Assembly (NCBI GenBank): GCA_951406725.2
Contig: OX597819.1
Location: 53,010,001 to 53,074,000, forward strand
From: Octopus vulgaris
Taxonomy: Eukaryota
DNA: 64,000 nt
Reading direction: 5' to 3'
Shown here: positions 52,716 through 64,000 of the stretch, piece after piece
How the letters are laid out: each line of letters starts with the position of its first letter
How positions within the stretch are numbered: the stretch's first letter is position 1
Position numbers and translations under genes: made by a program
Notes under the pieces: model-generated
What the model was told of the DNA's origin: nothing
The model's database searches: none
The model's input: only the letters and a program-made list of their open reading frames with translations

Positions 52716-54934
52716 TCACACACACACACACGTATATGCCTGAGACATCGTAGCAATATCAGAGATCATATCATCGTCATGACACGACCATAATCATAAT
52801 TACATTGTCATGTTTTCACGCAAAGTAAATACAACATAATGCTTCATTTGTTTTGTCCTTTATTGTGGTAGTGTTAGTTTTACAGAAGTTGTAGGTTTTC
52901 ATATTTTCGTTTTTTTTTTATGATGTTTTGAGCTTTCTTGTTTACTTATGGGTTTATTATTATGGCCATGTTTGTAAAATGAAACCATAATTCATATCTC
53001 AGAGAAATAAAATATAAATTATTTTATCAGTGCAACAATCAACAAATTATTTTACTTAGTTCAGCCTATTAACAAAAATACAAGGTTTTTTTATATATAT
53101 CTTTTTATTATGTCATGTCTCCTACAAAGAATAGAATTAAATCTAAACAAAAATTTAAAAAGAGGGGAGAAAATATAAAAGGAATTACACTTGAAAGATA
53201 TTAATATTTCATTACAAATTATTAATACTGTTATTTATATATTTTATTATTTATTTATTATGTGAGTAAACTAGTGCTTTTAATTTCAATAGCTTCAAAA
53301 ATAGTAAAATATAAAGCATAACAATAAACAGTAGTGATAATAATAATAAAACAACTTGTTAAAATAGGAAAAAAATCAATAATATCAATAATTGGAGTTT
53401 GTCATTATTAAAGAGAAAATGTTTTAGACATCAAAAACTCTTTAGACAAGAAACAAAAAAAAAAAAAACTATCGAATGTGTGATAAATGGTTAATTATGG
53501 TCCCAAACTAGCACATGCCATCATTGATGTCGATTGGAAAATAAGTTATAAAAAGAACAACAAAGATGACAGCAACGATAATGTCAATAATAATAATAAT
53601 AATAAATCTATACTTGTTGGACAATCTAATTTTATTTCTATAACACCCCCGCCCTCTACTTTTGTTTTCCTTTCCCAGTTGATAAATACGAAATTAAATT
53701 GTTAACTTTATAATTAGTTTCATTTTAGCCAACACATAAATAAATTAAAGGAGTGACTATTTTTAATCAGTGCTAAGGAGAAAAGAAAAACCATTTACAT
53801 TCTCTTTTACATTGCTAGACGAGATGCTTTATCAGATATTAAAGCTTGGAGACAACAGAAATGTTTTCCTCCACTTTTAATTACTTAAATTCAGTTTCAC
53901 TTTAATATACATATTTCACCATCATTATTAGCTGCAGCTACCACCATCATGGTAATTATCAGTTTACAATGTAAGCTAAAAATAGCCAGCCTTTCATTGT
54001 GATCACGACTGTGGTTTATCAGAAAACACGTTCCAATATTATCAAGAAATATTCAATGAATGGAGACATTATAGGTTTCAGCTTTGCCATTAGGTCTCAA
54101 ACTAGTTAAAAAGAGAAATTAAATTAAAAACAAAAATAAAAGAGCAAATGCTAATCCCCTTTATCCATTGTTTCATAGAGATACTAATAGAAGCACAAAG
54201 TGCATCTTAACTAAAGAGATTATGTAGTACCACAAGACACAACCATGCAATCACATTATTGGTCTGATATCTGAAATGGTCAACCATGTACCCTCTCCAA
54301 TCATCGTCGTAGTTTTAGTTCTGCTTTCCACAGTAGTGAAGAATGGATAGGTCATCAGAGGTGATGTCAGCTCATATTTAGAGTACAAGCCTTCTAAATA
54401 GGTTAAGGACCATGTTGTGCTCATATATTTCATTTTGGTATGGACTTTACAGCTATATGTCCTTCTTAATGCCAACTACTTTACAGAGTGTACAAAAGGA
54501 ATTTTATCATAGCACTAGTACTAGAGTCCTCTCTACCTTCTGTTGCCTCCACTCATTTGCAAACTAACTAACAGAATTTTAGAGGATACATTGTCAATAA
54601 GGGTTGCACTGTCTCATGCAATGCTAAAGAGCCCTCTCTACCATGTATTAAAGAGATATATCTACTGGCAATAATTGAGAAACTACCTTAAACATAGATT
54701 CAAATATTAGCAAACAAGATCAAAAATAGCCTTTAAAAAAATCAGGTCTTGTTCTTGCCAAGTGACCCCATGTAAGTCTTAGGTTTACAAGCACAAATGG
54801 TACAGAAGCAGCCAAGTGAATCCTAAGAAGTAACTAAAAAGTGCAGTACCTAAGATATGCAGATAAAAGACATCCAGCATCTTAGTCTAGATTAAAATTG
54901 GTTAGCAGTCTAAATCCTGGCACCACCACCACCC

Positions 54935-54965
<31 letters not shown>

Positions 54966-55439
54966 ATCAAGAGGACTTTCAGAATGAGTGTGGTTCAATT
55001 CCATCAAGTGCAATGATGACACAATGGAGAACCTGAAGAACAGAAGGATATTATGTAGATTTTGCAGAGAAAAAGTGGGAAAAGTAAGGAAATATTTTCA
55101 AAAATAGTAATGTAAAGATTTCAACCTAGGCAGCAGCTGATGTTAAGATTATATCACTACTTCTATGGATTCATCCATTTATACCCTTATATTAGATTTA
55201 CATTGAATTCCTGCAGCCCTTATATCAGAAAGCCAGCAAAGAAGTACCCTAAATTCTAACCCTCTGTACAGCACAGTAATCATAGTATTTAAGACAAGAT
55301 ATTCAGGTTTCTCTTTGACTTCATGAATAAGTGCATGTTGCTACATTATACTTTCTATGAAACAATAAAGTTCTGTTCAGTGACTATAAAGAGAGAGATA
55401 GGTTCAATGGAATCACCAAATTATCTAATAATAACTAAT

Positions 55440-55819
55440 AACAAGAGCACTCAGACAATGCAAACCTCCGCCAAGGTAACATCAACATCCTCTCAATGAT
55501 TAGCCAGAGATGATTTTTTAAATGAGAATATCTGAAATAAACTCAACTGATCTCACAAACAAGAATACTAAAAATGAACCCAACAGCTCTCAAAAATTAA
55601 GTAAAAAAAAAAAAAACAGAAAAATAATCTAGAATTCTTGTCCAGTACTGGATTGATCCCAAAATCTAATCAGTTTGTGCCAATCATGAAGCCAAACATC
55701 CCTGAAAGTTTCATCTGAATCCATCCAGTGGTTCTCAAGATATCTTGTCTACAGACAAACAAACAAACAAACACAACTGAAAACAATACCTTCACCTTCA
55801 CAAAGGCGGAGGTGATAAA
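55440..55819 (-). mobile_element. HINE/DINE-1-like element, inverted copy of 15573-15938
   Basis: Colinear reverse-complement similarity along the full length, with ACCTCCGCC subterminal repeats. Confidence 0.7.
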
Positions 55820-55995
55820 GCACTGGATTTATAGACATAACTTAAACTAATGACTGGCATCATATCATGGTTGTTGTCGCTGTTTTTCAGAGGACCTTGA
55901 TGAAAGAGTTAGATGATTTATAAAGCATTCAGTGAGAAAGGCACAAGCAAATTAATGTTATTTATTTTCTAAGGGCTAGATGAAGGTTAGGAGTA

Positions 55996-56138
55996 TTACC
56001 CTGATGTAATCTCCAGGGATATAGGCATCCAGCAACAGGACCTCCGTAATGCTATGATGGACTGTGAAGTCTGGTGTAACATAGTAAATTCCATTGTCTC
56101 GACCACGGTCGAACAATGATGATGATGATGATGATGAT
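55996..56138 (+). mobile_element. RTE-like LINE 3' end with (TGA)n tail
   Basis: YPDVISRDIGIQQQDLRNAMMDCEVWCNIVNSIVSTTVEQ* (AMxDRxxW-type terminus) followed directly by (TGA)n. Confidence 0.7.
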
Positions 56139-56254
56139 AAGATGACCAGGAACATAGTAGCACCATTTTCCTAATGAGTGAAAACTGACAGACAGAGAAA
56201 CAGACAAACAATGTAAAGAGGCAAATATTTGAATCTTTGCCTTAAGAAGATCAT

Positions 56255-56570
56255 TTTGCAACCACATGGTCTCAGGTTCAGTCCTACTGCAAGGCATTCT
56301 GGGCAAGTATCTTCTACTACTATAAGTCCAGGCTGGCTATATATGTATATACATGTGTCTTTGTATTTGTGTACCCACCTCACCTTTAATAACCAGTGTT
56401 GATTTGTTTATGCCACATAACTTAAAAATTCAGCAAAAGAGACTTAGAGAATAAGAACTGACTTCAAAATAAATAAATACTGAGGGTCAATTTGTTCAAC
56501 TAACCCTTCAAGGCAATGCCCCAGAATGGCCGCAGTTCAATGACAGAAACAAGTAAGCAGTAAAAGATAC
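56255..56570 (+). mobile_element. Family A SINE, internally deleted
   Basis: Head CAACCACATGGTCTCAGGTTCAGTCC and tail GAAACAAGTAAGCAGTAAAAGA. Confidence 0.75.
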
Positions 56571-57156
56571 ATGGTGTAAGGAAACAGATTGTCTAAATTT
56601 CCACACAATGTTTCTCTGAGAGAAAAAGAAAACAACAATTTCTCACATGTAGGGTTTGCTTGAGTGATTTTGCAGAAATGAAAAGATAACAATGGAATAT
56701 GCAGCAATCAATTTAGCTTGGAGGTGAGGTAAAGTCAAAAGTTAAGTGAGAAACAAAAGTAATCACAGATATAACTAACAATGGAAGATGCAGAGGAAAG
56801 CACTTACTGTGTATGTTAGGAAGACAGATAGAAAAAAGTCTATTTAGGAATGTTTACCAAGGAGTCAAATGATTATTTACTGTGTCATGTGTTGGAGACA
56901 AACTGCTACATCTTAATGTAATTGTATCAACCAAAAGCACTACAAATTCTATTACTGACTATGTAGAAACCCCACTGCAGATAATATGAAGCAAAAATAA
57001 GAAATTCCAAATTGAAACATCTCAAATAAAGATTCAATTTCTTCTTTTAAGTGCTTAGAAACCTATTTATTCATATCTAGTAAGTTTAATAAAATTGAGA
57101 GAGAGTACTTCCACACCTAATATGCCATAGTGCCTGCCATTTTTTTTATATTTATA

Positions 57157-57870
57157 GGCACGGGTGAGGCTGTATGGTTAAGAAACTTGCTTCCTCACTT
57201 TATGGTTCAGTTCCACAACTTGACACCTTGAAAAAACGTTTTCTACTATTGCCTTCAGCCAACCAAAGCTTTGTGAATGGATTTAGTCAACAGAAACTTG
57301 AAGAAGCCAGTCGTGTGTGTGTGTGCCCTTGTCAATGAAGGCTCATGGTATAGTGATTGGGGTATTTAGCTCACAATCATAAGGTAGTAAGTTCAATATC
57401 CTGCAGCGAGCTGTATCCTTGAGCTATACACTTTATTTTATGTTGCTCCAGTCCACTGAGCTGGCAAAAATGAGTAGTACTTGTATTTCAAAGAGCCATC
57501 CATGTCACATTCTTTGTCATACTGAATCTCCCTAAGAACTACATCAAGGGTATACATGTCTGAGGAGTACTCAGCCACTTGTATGTTGACTTCACAAGCA
57601 GGTTGCTCTACTGAATACTGAATAACTGGAATACTCATCATCATAACCAACAGAGTCTCAGTGTATCCTTGTCTACACATCATGCAATGGTTGTAAACAA
57701 ACATCACCATTATACAAACAATGTCACTTGTTTCCAATCTCACCAGTCTGCCATTAAAAACTTGTCTGGCCATGGAGAAATAATACCTTGCCTGGAAACA
57801 GGTGAGGACATCTATCTGTAGAAAATCGCCCATAAGAAGCATAAAAAAGTGGGCATTGAATGAGGATGAG
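57157..57870 (+). mobile_element. Family A SINE with a nested family C SINE (about 57339-57630)
   Basis: A-family head at 57157, C-family head GGCTCATGGTATAGTGATTGGGG at 57340, A-family 3' part resumes at about 57660. Confidence 0.7.
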
Positions 57871-58660
57871 CGTCAAAATGAATTTTAGGTGAGGGAAGTT
57901 TTATCTCATACCTTTACAGATCTTCATAACTCAACATGCACCATTAGTAAAACGAATTACATGATAACAGACAAGATGAGAAAGCAGAAATTGAACTAGA
58001 GGACACATTTAACAGGTTGGCATTATAAGCCTTTCATCTTTCTACAGGCGTAACATTCAACATTACAAATTTTCATCAGCAATGCAGCAACAAAGACACA
58101 GTGAAATATATCTGAACCAAATGCCACCATCCTTCACCCCATCACACACATACAAACAAACACAAAAGAAAAAAGATATTCAAAATGAGGTGAGCAGAAT
58201 ATTATAGTGATTATCATCAATGTAATTGCACAGTCTATTTCGTTATATTTTTCATCAAATAATTGCTAGCCAAAACTAAAGTACTTTATGCAGTGCTGAG
58301 TAATAAAAGACTAATACTGGTGTCAGCATGTAATAAAGAATAAAAAAAAAAAAAGACACACTGAAAAAAACACAAAGCAAACAGAGAAACTAGTTATTTT
58401 GTAAGATTATTAATCCTCAACACCACCTGATTGATGCTTGGTTAGACAGACAGAGAGAGACGGTCATCAATAGTTATGTCAACAATGTTGACAGGCTGGT
58501 TAAAATAGCCTTACTTGTTCAATAATCAAATGATAAAAATACATAAAAAAGCATGAATATGTGTACATATGTGTGTGCGTTGTCTGTAGATATATATATG
58601 TATATAAATATGTGTGTGTGTATAAATATGTGTGTGTGTATGTGTGTGTGTGTATATATA

Positions 58661-58694
<34 letters not shown>

Positions 58695-58703
58695 CAAATA
58701 AAA

Positions 58704-59017
58704 TTAAATAAATGATGAGTAAACAGGAGATTATTCAATGAACTTCATTATCTCACAGCCATTTCTGCTGTAAGAAGCTTTGCACTCAAAGCTGAGTTCT
58801 TGTGTATCACCTTACAGCATCCTCAGAGCAATTTTATTTGGGAATGTAAATCTTAATGCAAACACTTTCCCAAATAAACTTCATTTGAGAAGTTCCAAAG
58901 AAGCTGCAAGGTGATGCCCATGCACTCAGCTCTGAGTGCACTGCATCTTATAGCAGAAACAGCTGTAAGTTTATGAAGTCCATTACGCAATTTCCTGTTC
59001 CCATATCATTTATTTAA
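58704..59017. repeat. Old diverged fold-back element (about 150-bp arms); third arm copy at 59329-59465
   Basis: Colinear reverse-complement blocks (TTTCTGCT(G/A)TAAGA, TGCACTCA(A/G)AGCTGAGT, TTTATTTGGGAA). Confidence 0.75.
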
Positions 59018-59484
59018 GTTCATATTAGGCTCTGTACCCAACTAATGCTTTATTCTGAAGCATATTTATATTGAGTTCCAACACCTGGTGATTACTATTG
59101 CTATGCCTAAGCAACATATATATATATATAATCATCATCATCATTTAACATCCATTGTTCATGCTTTCATGGGTTGGACAGTGTGACCAAAGCTGGCAAG
59201 CTGGAGAGCTGCAACAGGCTCCAGTCTGATTTGGTGTATTTTCTATGGCTGGATGCCTTTCCTAATGCAAACCACTTTACAGAGGGTGCTGGGTGCTTTT
59301 ACACACACACATAAGGAGAGATAACAAAGGAACAAGTGATTATCTTATGAACTTCCTTAACCTCCAACTGTTTCTGCTATAAGATACAGTGGACTCATAG
59401 TTGAGTACCTGTGTAACACTTCATAGCTTCAATGGACAAATATGAAGTGCAATTTATTTGGAAATATATATATATATATATATA

Positions 59485-59679
59485 TAATTTATTTTATAGA
59501 AGGAGCTTCTACAGGACTAGAACTGTTTCATTCAAAAGAAATCATCAGGAAGCCCTGATGATTTCTTTTGAATGAAACAGTTCTAGTCCTGTAAACTCCT
59601 TCTATAAAATAAATTAATTTACTCTGCTATGTATTGAGTACCTTATTTACTGTGGTTAACCCCGACTCAACCCGGGACC

Positions 59680-59680
<1 letters not shown>
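59485..59680. repeat. Palindrome (59485-59616, about 64-bp arms) with unique right extension, probable Penelope-like element relic
   Basis: TAATTTATTTTATAGAAGGAG...TCATCAG gaagcc CTGATGA...CTCCTTCTATAAAATAAATTA, flanked by (TA)n on both sides. Confidence 0.88.
59503..59555 (-). ncRNA. Type I hammerhead ribozyme
   Basis: gggcttc-CTGATGA-t-ttc-tttt-gaa-t-GAA-ACAG-ttctagtc-CTGT-A^-gaagctc. Full CUGAUGA/GAAA core, 7-bp stem I (one G-U), 3-bp stem II with a U-U closing mismatch, 4-bp stem III, GUA triplet. Predicted cut between 59510 and 59509. Confidence 0.72.
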
Positions 59681-59712
<32 letters not shown>

Positions 59713-60229
59713 TAGATTGAAAGCATCAAAGGTAAATTACACAGAATCCCTTCTTACTTTTTAAATTTTTTTATTTTACACCATTATTATTTTATTTTTA
59801 ACCCTAATTATTAGTAACAAGGATAATGACCATGAAGGGGAGAAGGTGTATGGCGCACAATGTGAAAAATTTACACGTACTAAAATATCTTAATCCAACA
59901 TGATGCAAGCAGATATTTATAGATTTCAAAACCCACCCACCCCTTAATATGATAGAGTTTTAGGACTTTGACTTTATTGAACGAATATATTTACAAGAGA
60001 AGATTTTCATTTGACAGTTGTACAAATGTTTACAAAGACAGCAAACAACCTCCCAAATAAAACTGACACACAACAGCTATGCAATCTATGATTATATTTC
60101 CATATATTTAGCCCAGTTTTTATTATTTCCACAAAACCTTGTGTGCTTTTTACATTGAAGTAAAGCCAAACAAGAACATACAGAAGATATTTATCGATGT
60201 TTACATAGATTTATACAAAAGCTAACAGG

Positions 60230-60660
60230 ACGGCATGAGAAAGATGCCTATTTATGCTTGGAATTAGAAATGTCCGGTAAGGGTAGGGGTGGAGTTGAAG
60301 TGGAGAGCAGATGCAAAAGGGGGCTTGGTGGGGGTAGTAGTGGGTGGGTGGCCGGGGGGGAATTGGAGAGACTATTTGTTGATAAATACGTAATATAAAT
60401 ATAAAAAGTGAAGGAAAGAATGAGGTAAATGGAAGCTGTTTTAATACATGCTGAAAGTCAATAACACAAAGACAGCGGGGAGTGGCGACAGCGGTGACTT
60501 GGGAGAATTATGGGTTGGTTATATGACAGCATAACAGGAAGTGACTCAGTGAAAGGACATTACAATTATGATTGGATGGAAGGGGTGTGTGGTAATCTGG
60601 GATTAAATTTGAGCCGAAACCAGAGAGGGAGATGACAACACTGAAACTCGGGTCAATTTC
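60230..60660. promoter_or_regulatory. Repeat-free GC-elevated block with a G-quadruplex motif and overlapping ETS/AP-1 sites
   Basis: G5-cttggt-G5-tagtagt-G3-t-G3-tggcc-G7 at 60319-60360, and ACAGGAAGTGACTCA at 60534-60548. Confidence 0.25.
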
Positions 60661-60676
60661 AGAACAATAATAATAA

Positions 60677-61221
60677 TGGTTTCAAATTTTGTCACAAGGC
60701 CATCAATTTTGGTGGATGGGGTAAGTCAATTACATCAACTCCAGTGCTCAACTGGTTCTTATTTTATTCACCTTGGAAGGATGAAAGGCACAGCTGACCT
60801 CAGTAGAATTTGATCTCAGAATGTAAAGTTGAATGAAATGCCGCTAAGCATTTTGCCCAGTATAGTAATGATTCTGCCAACTCACCAACCAGCATGGTAA
60901 CAATTCTGCCAGTTTACTACACAGCAAGGTAAGGATTCTGCTAATTTGCCACCTTTGCATATAATAATAATAACAATATTTCTACTGAAGACACAAGGCC
61001 CTGAAATTTGGGGAGAGGGGACTAGTCGATTACATTGACCCCCCCCCCCGTGTTTCACTGGTACTTAAATATCAACCCTGAAACGATGAAAGGCAAAGTC
61101 AACCTTGGCAGAATTTGAACTCAGAATGTAGCAACGAGCAAAATACTGCTAAGTGTTTCATCCAGCATGCTTACATTTCTGCTAGCTGGCTGCCTTGATG
61201 ACAATAATAATAATAATAATA

Positions 61222-61268
<47 letters not shown>

Positions 61269-62108
61269 TCTTTCTACTATAAGCACAAGGCCTGAAATTA
61301 TGGAGGAAGATGTTAATCAGTTACACTGACCCCAGTGCTCAACTGGTGCATATTTTATCAACACTGTGAATATGAAAGACAGAGTCAACCAAGGTGGAAT
61401 TTGAACACAGAACATAAAACCAGAAGAAATGCTGCTAAGCATTTTGTCTAGGATTCCACCAGCTCACTGGCTCAATAATAATAATATATTTCTAATATAG
61501 GCACTAGGCCTGAAATTTGAGAGAGGGATCTGGTACTTTATTTTCTCAACCCTGAAACAATGAAAAGTAAAGTTGATCTTAATGGGATTTGAACTCAGAA
61601 TGTGAGGAATCAGAGCAAATGCTACAAAGCATTTTCCCAACCCTCTAACAATTCTGCCAGTTTACCACCTTAACAACAACAAAAATGGCTTCCAATTTTG
61701 ACACAAGACCAGCAACTTTAAGGAGGGAGCTAGTCAATTACTTAACTGGTACTTATTTTATCAACCCCGCAAAAAAAAGAAGAAAAGTAAAACCAACCTC
61801 AGCAGAATTTGAACTCAGAATGTAAAGATGGATGAAATGCTGCTGAACATTTTGTCTGGCATGCTTACGATTCTGCCAGCTCACCATTTTAATACAAATA
61901 ATCCTTTCTACTATAGGCAGAAGGCATGAAATTTCTTGAAAGGTCGACTGCATTGACCTAAGTGCTCAACAGATATTTACTTTTTTGACTCCAAAAGGAT
62001 AAAAGATAAAGCCAGTTTTGGTGGAATTTGAACTCAGAACATAGAGATAGACAAAATGTCATCAATTATTTTGTCCATCATACTAATAATTCTGCCAGCT
62101 TGCCACCT
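60677..62108 (-). mobile_element. Head-to-tail array of six family B SINEs (a seventh at 62745-62943)
   Basis: Units at about 60677-60955, 60978-61196, 61267-61472, 61488-61672, 61686-61888 and 61900-62108, separated by (AAT)/(AAC) tracts, all in the same orientation. Confidence 0.88.
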
Positions 62109-62477
62109 AAACTCTTTTGATACAAACCCAGCTGAAACTGGCTCTGTAGTACAAATGTCTTGTTTTCAGAAGTTTAGAATTAAAACCTTCCACCAAACCA
62201 TAGTAACAATTTATGTTCCTAACACTAACTTAATGATAACTAAATTATTTTACTAAATTCTTTATTATACTCTTTTACTCGTTTCAGTCATTTGACTGTG
62301 GCCATGCTGAAGCACCACCTTTAGTCGAGCAAATTGACCCCAGGACTTATTCTTTGTAAGCCTAGTACTTATTCTATCAGTCTCTTTTGCCAAACCGCTA
62401 AGTTACGGGGACGTAAACACACCAGCATCGGTTGTCAAGTGATGTTGAGGGGACAAACAGACATACAAACATATACT

Positions 62478-62515
<38 letters not shown>

Positions 62516-62741
62516 CGACAGGCTTCTTTCAGTTTCCATCTACCAAATCCACTCACAAAGCTTTGGTTGGCCCAAGGCTATAGTAGAATATACTTGCCCA
62601 AGGTGCCATGCAGTGGGACTGAACCCGGAACCATGTGGTTCATAAGCAAGCTAATTACTGCACAGCCACTCCTACGCCTATTATATTTAAAATAATTGAA
62701 AGAAACACGGAGCGTCTCAAATACAGTAATGAAAGGGTTAA
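62108..62741. mobile_element. Same piggyBac-like MITE family in opposite orientation, interrupted by a family A SINE
   Basis: Reverse-complement similarity to 40923-41151 on both sides of the SINE. Ends GAAAGGGTTAA. Confidence 0.75.
62270..62678 (-). mobile_element. Full-length family A SINE
   Basis: tRNA-like head at right end, internal (TA)/(TG) microsatellite, tail GAAACGAGTAAAAGAG, 7-bp TSD TATTATA (62263-62269 and 62679-62685). Confidence 0.9.
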
Positions 62742-63153
62742 TAATTCTTTCTAATTTTGGTACAAAAACAGCAATTTTAAGGGTAAGGATTTAGTTGATT
62801 AAATGGACCCTAGTTTTTGACTGGTACTTTATTTTATTGGCCCCAAAAGGATGAAAGCAAAGATGACCTCAGTGGCATTTGAACTTAGAGCATAAAGCTG
62901 GAAGAAATAGTGCTTAACATTTTGTCTGATGAGCTCACCACCATTATATAACAACAACAACAATAATAATGATGATGATGGTAAAAAAACAAAATATCAC
63001 AGATATCAGGATAGAAGAGCATTATAAATTAAGGTTACAGAGTCATTAATTGGAAAATGTGATAATGATGCAGGATCAAGTTTATAGTGAAATATTGACT
63101 GAAGTTATATTTACACACACACACACACACATTATATATATGTATGTGTGTGC

Positions 63154-63204
<51 letters not shown>

Positions 63205-64000
63205 AAACCTAATCAGGTCAATATAGTGTTGAGGCTATTTAGTGACACATGATCCAGTGTCAATGAAATATGATACACTTGTGGGAGGTGAAGTGTCAAT
63301 GTAACTACAATGAGTAATAGTTATGTTCTTAACTGCAGCAGGTTACAGACACAGACTGGTGCCAGTGAAAACTATCTATGTAATGTGGTCCAGCATAGCA
63401 GTAGTATGTAAGTAGTGTATGCAACGAGAGGTTAGTATGACTAGGATCAGTGGCAAATGTAATGGGTCAAAGGTCAGTATACACCAGTGTATGTCAATGT
63501 GTCACATGTACAATAAATAAAATAAAGCTTTCTAGCCAGCTCAAAATTGCCTTCCTTGGTATCTGCCACTGAAGAAAACTAACAAGTATGAAATGCATGC
63601 ATCAGTCCAATAGAGGGCACTCTGAGTTGAAGATGGTGTTTTAACACAACAAACTGCATTAAAAAGCCTTTACAAATAACTCTCAAACATATTTGAACTG
63701 GTCTTATGTTGGTATTCTTTCTGTCACTGCTTCACACACCTATTCATGAATTATGGTATTTATTTTATTACGGAGATGTACTTGCAAAGCAAGTGACTTC
63801 ATCTGAGATCGTGTGCTGAAACAAAAACAATTGCAGCATTGAGGAAGTTTGCAAGCCATTTAAGAACACACTATTTATTTTGATCCTTCTATATTCTAGG
63901 TTACCTCTCTTATTCATTACCCAACAATGAATAAAATAAGTAATATCACCAATAATAAATATACCAACTGAATACACTAGAAGCAATTCAATTGACTATA

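Noticed and set aside
60677-62943. CRISPR-like or tRNA-gene array
   Set aside because: Units are about 200-bp diverged SINEs with microsatellite linkers. No constant repeat-spacer structure and no full cloverleaf.

Overview
AT-rich, microsatellite-dense eukaryotic DNA with no recognisable host protein-coding exon. The SINE repertoire looks like an octopod cephalopod (inference from family recognition, not verified by search). The window most plausibly lies in a very long intron or 5' region of a minus-strand transcription unit: the plus strand looks A-rich by eye and the best splice signals are on minus. The only long ORFs belong to a young, 5'-truncated CR1-clade LINE (12.84-15.35 kb, minus, one in-frame TGA) nested in a tRNA-derived SINE with a perfect 17-bp TSD. 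Other repeats: two R4/Dong-like RLE retroelement remnants in a TAA tract, two RTE 3' ends, a Tc1/mariner fold-back element, piggyBac-like MITEs, two Helentron-type HINEs and dozens of SINEs, including a head-to-tail array at 60.7-62.9 kb. Highlights: (1) two TA-embedded DNA palindromes (35.3-35.6 kb and 59.5-59.7 kb), each carrying a type I hammerhead ribozyme next to the symmetry axis, better preserved on minus and paired with its own antisense copy, probably Penelope-like relics; (2) a textbook AG|GTAAGT recursive-splice (ratchet) candidate at 32509/32508; (3) a TATA/Inr plus splice-donor candidate first exon at 38.26-38.47 kb. Most short ORFs in the supplied track are microsatellite or SINE artefacts.
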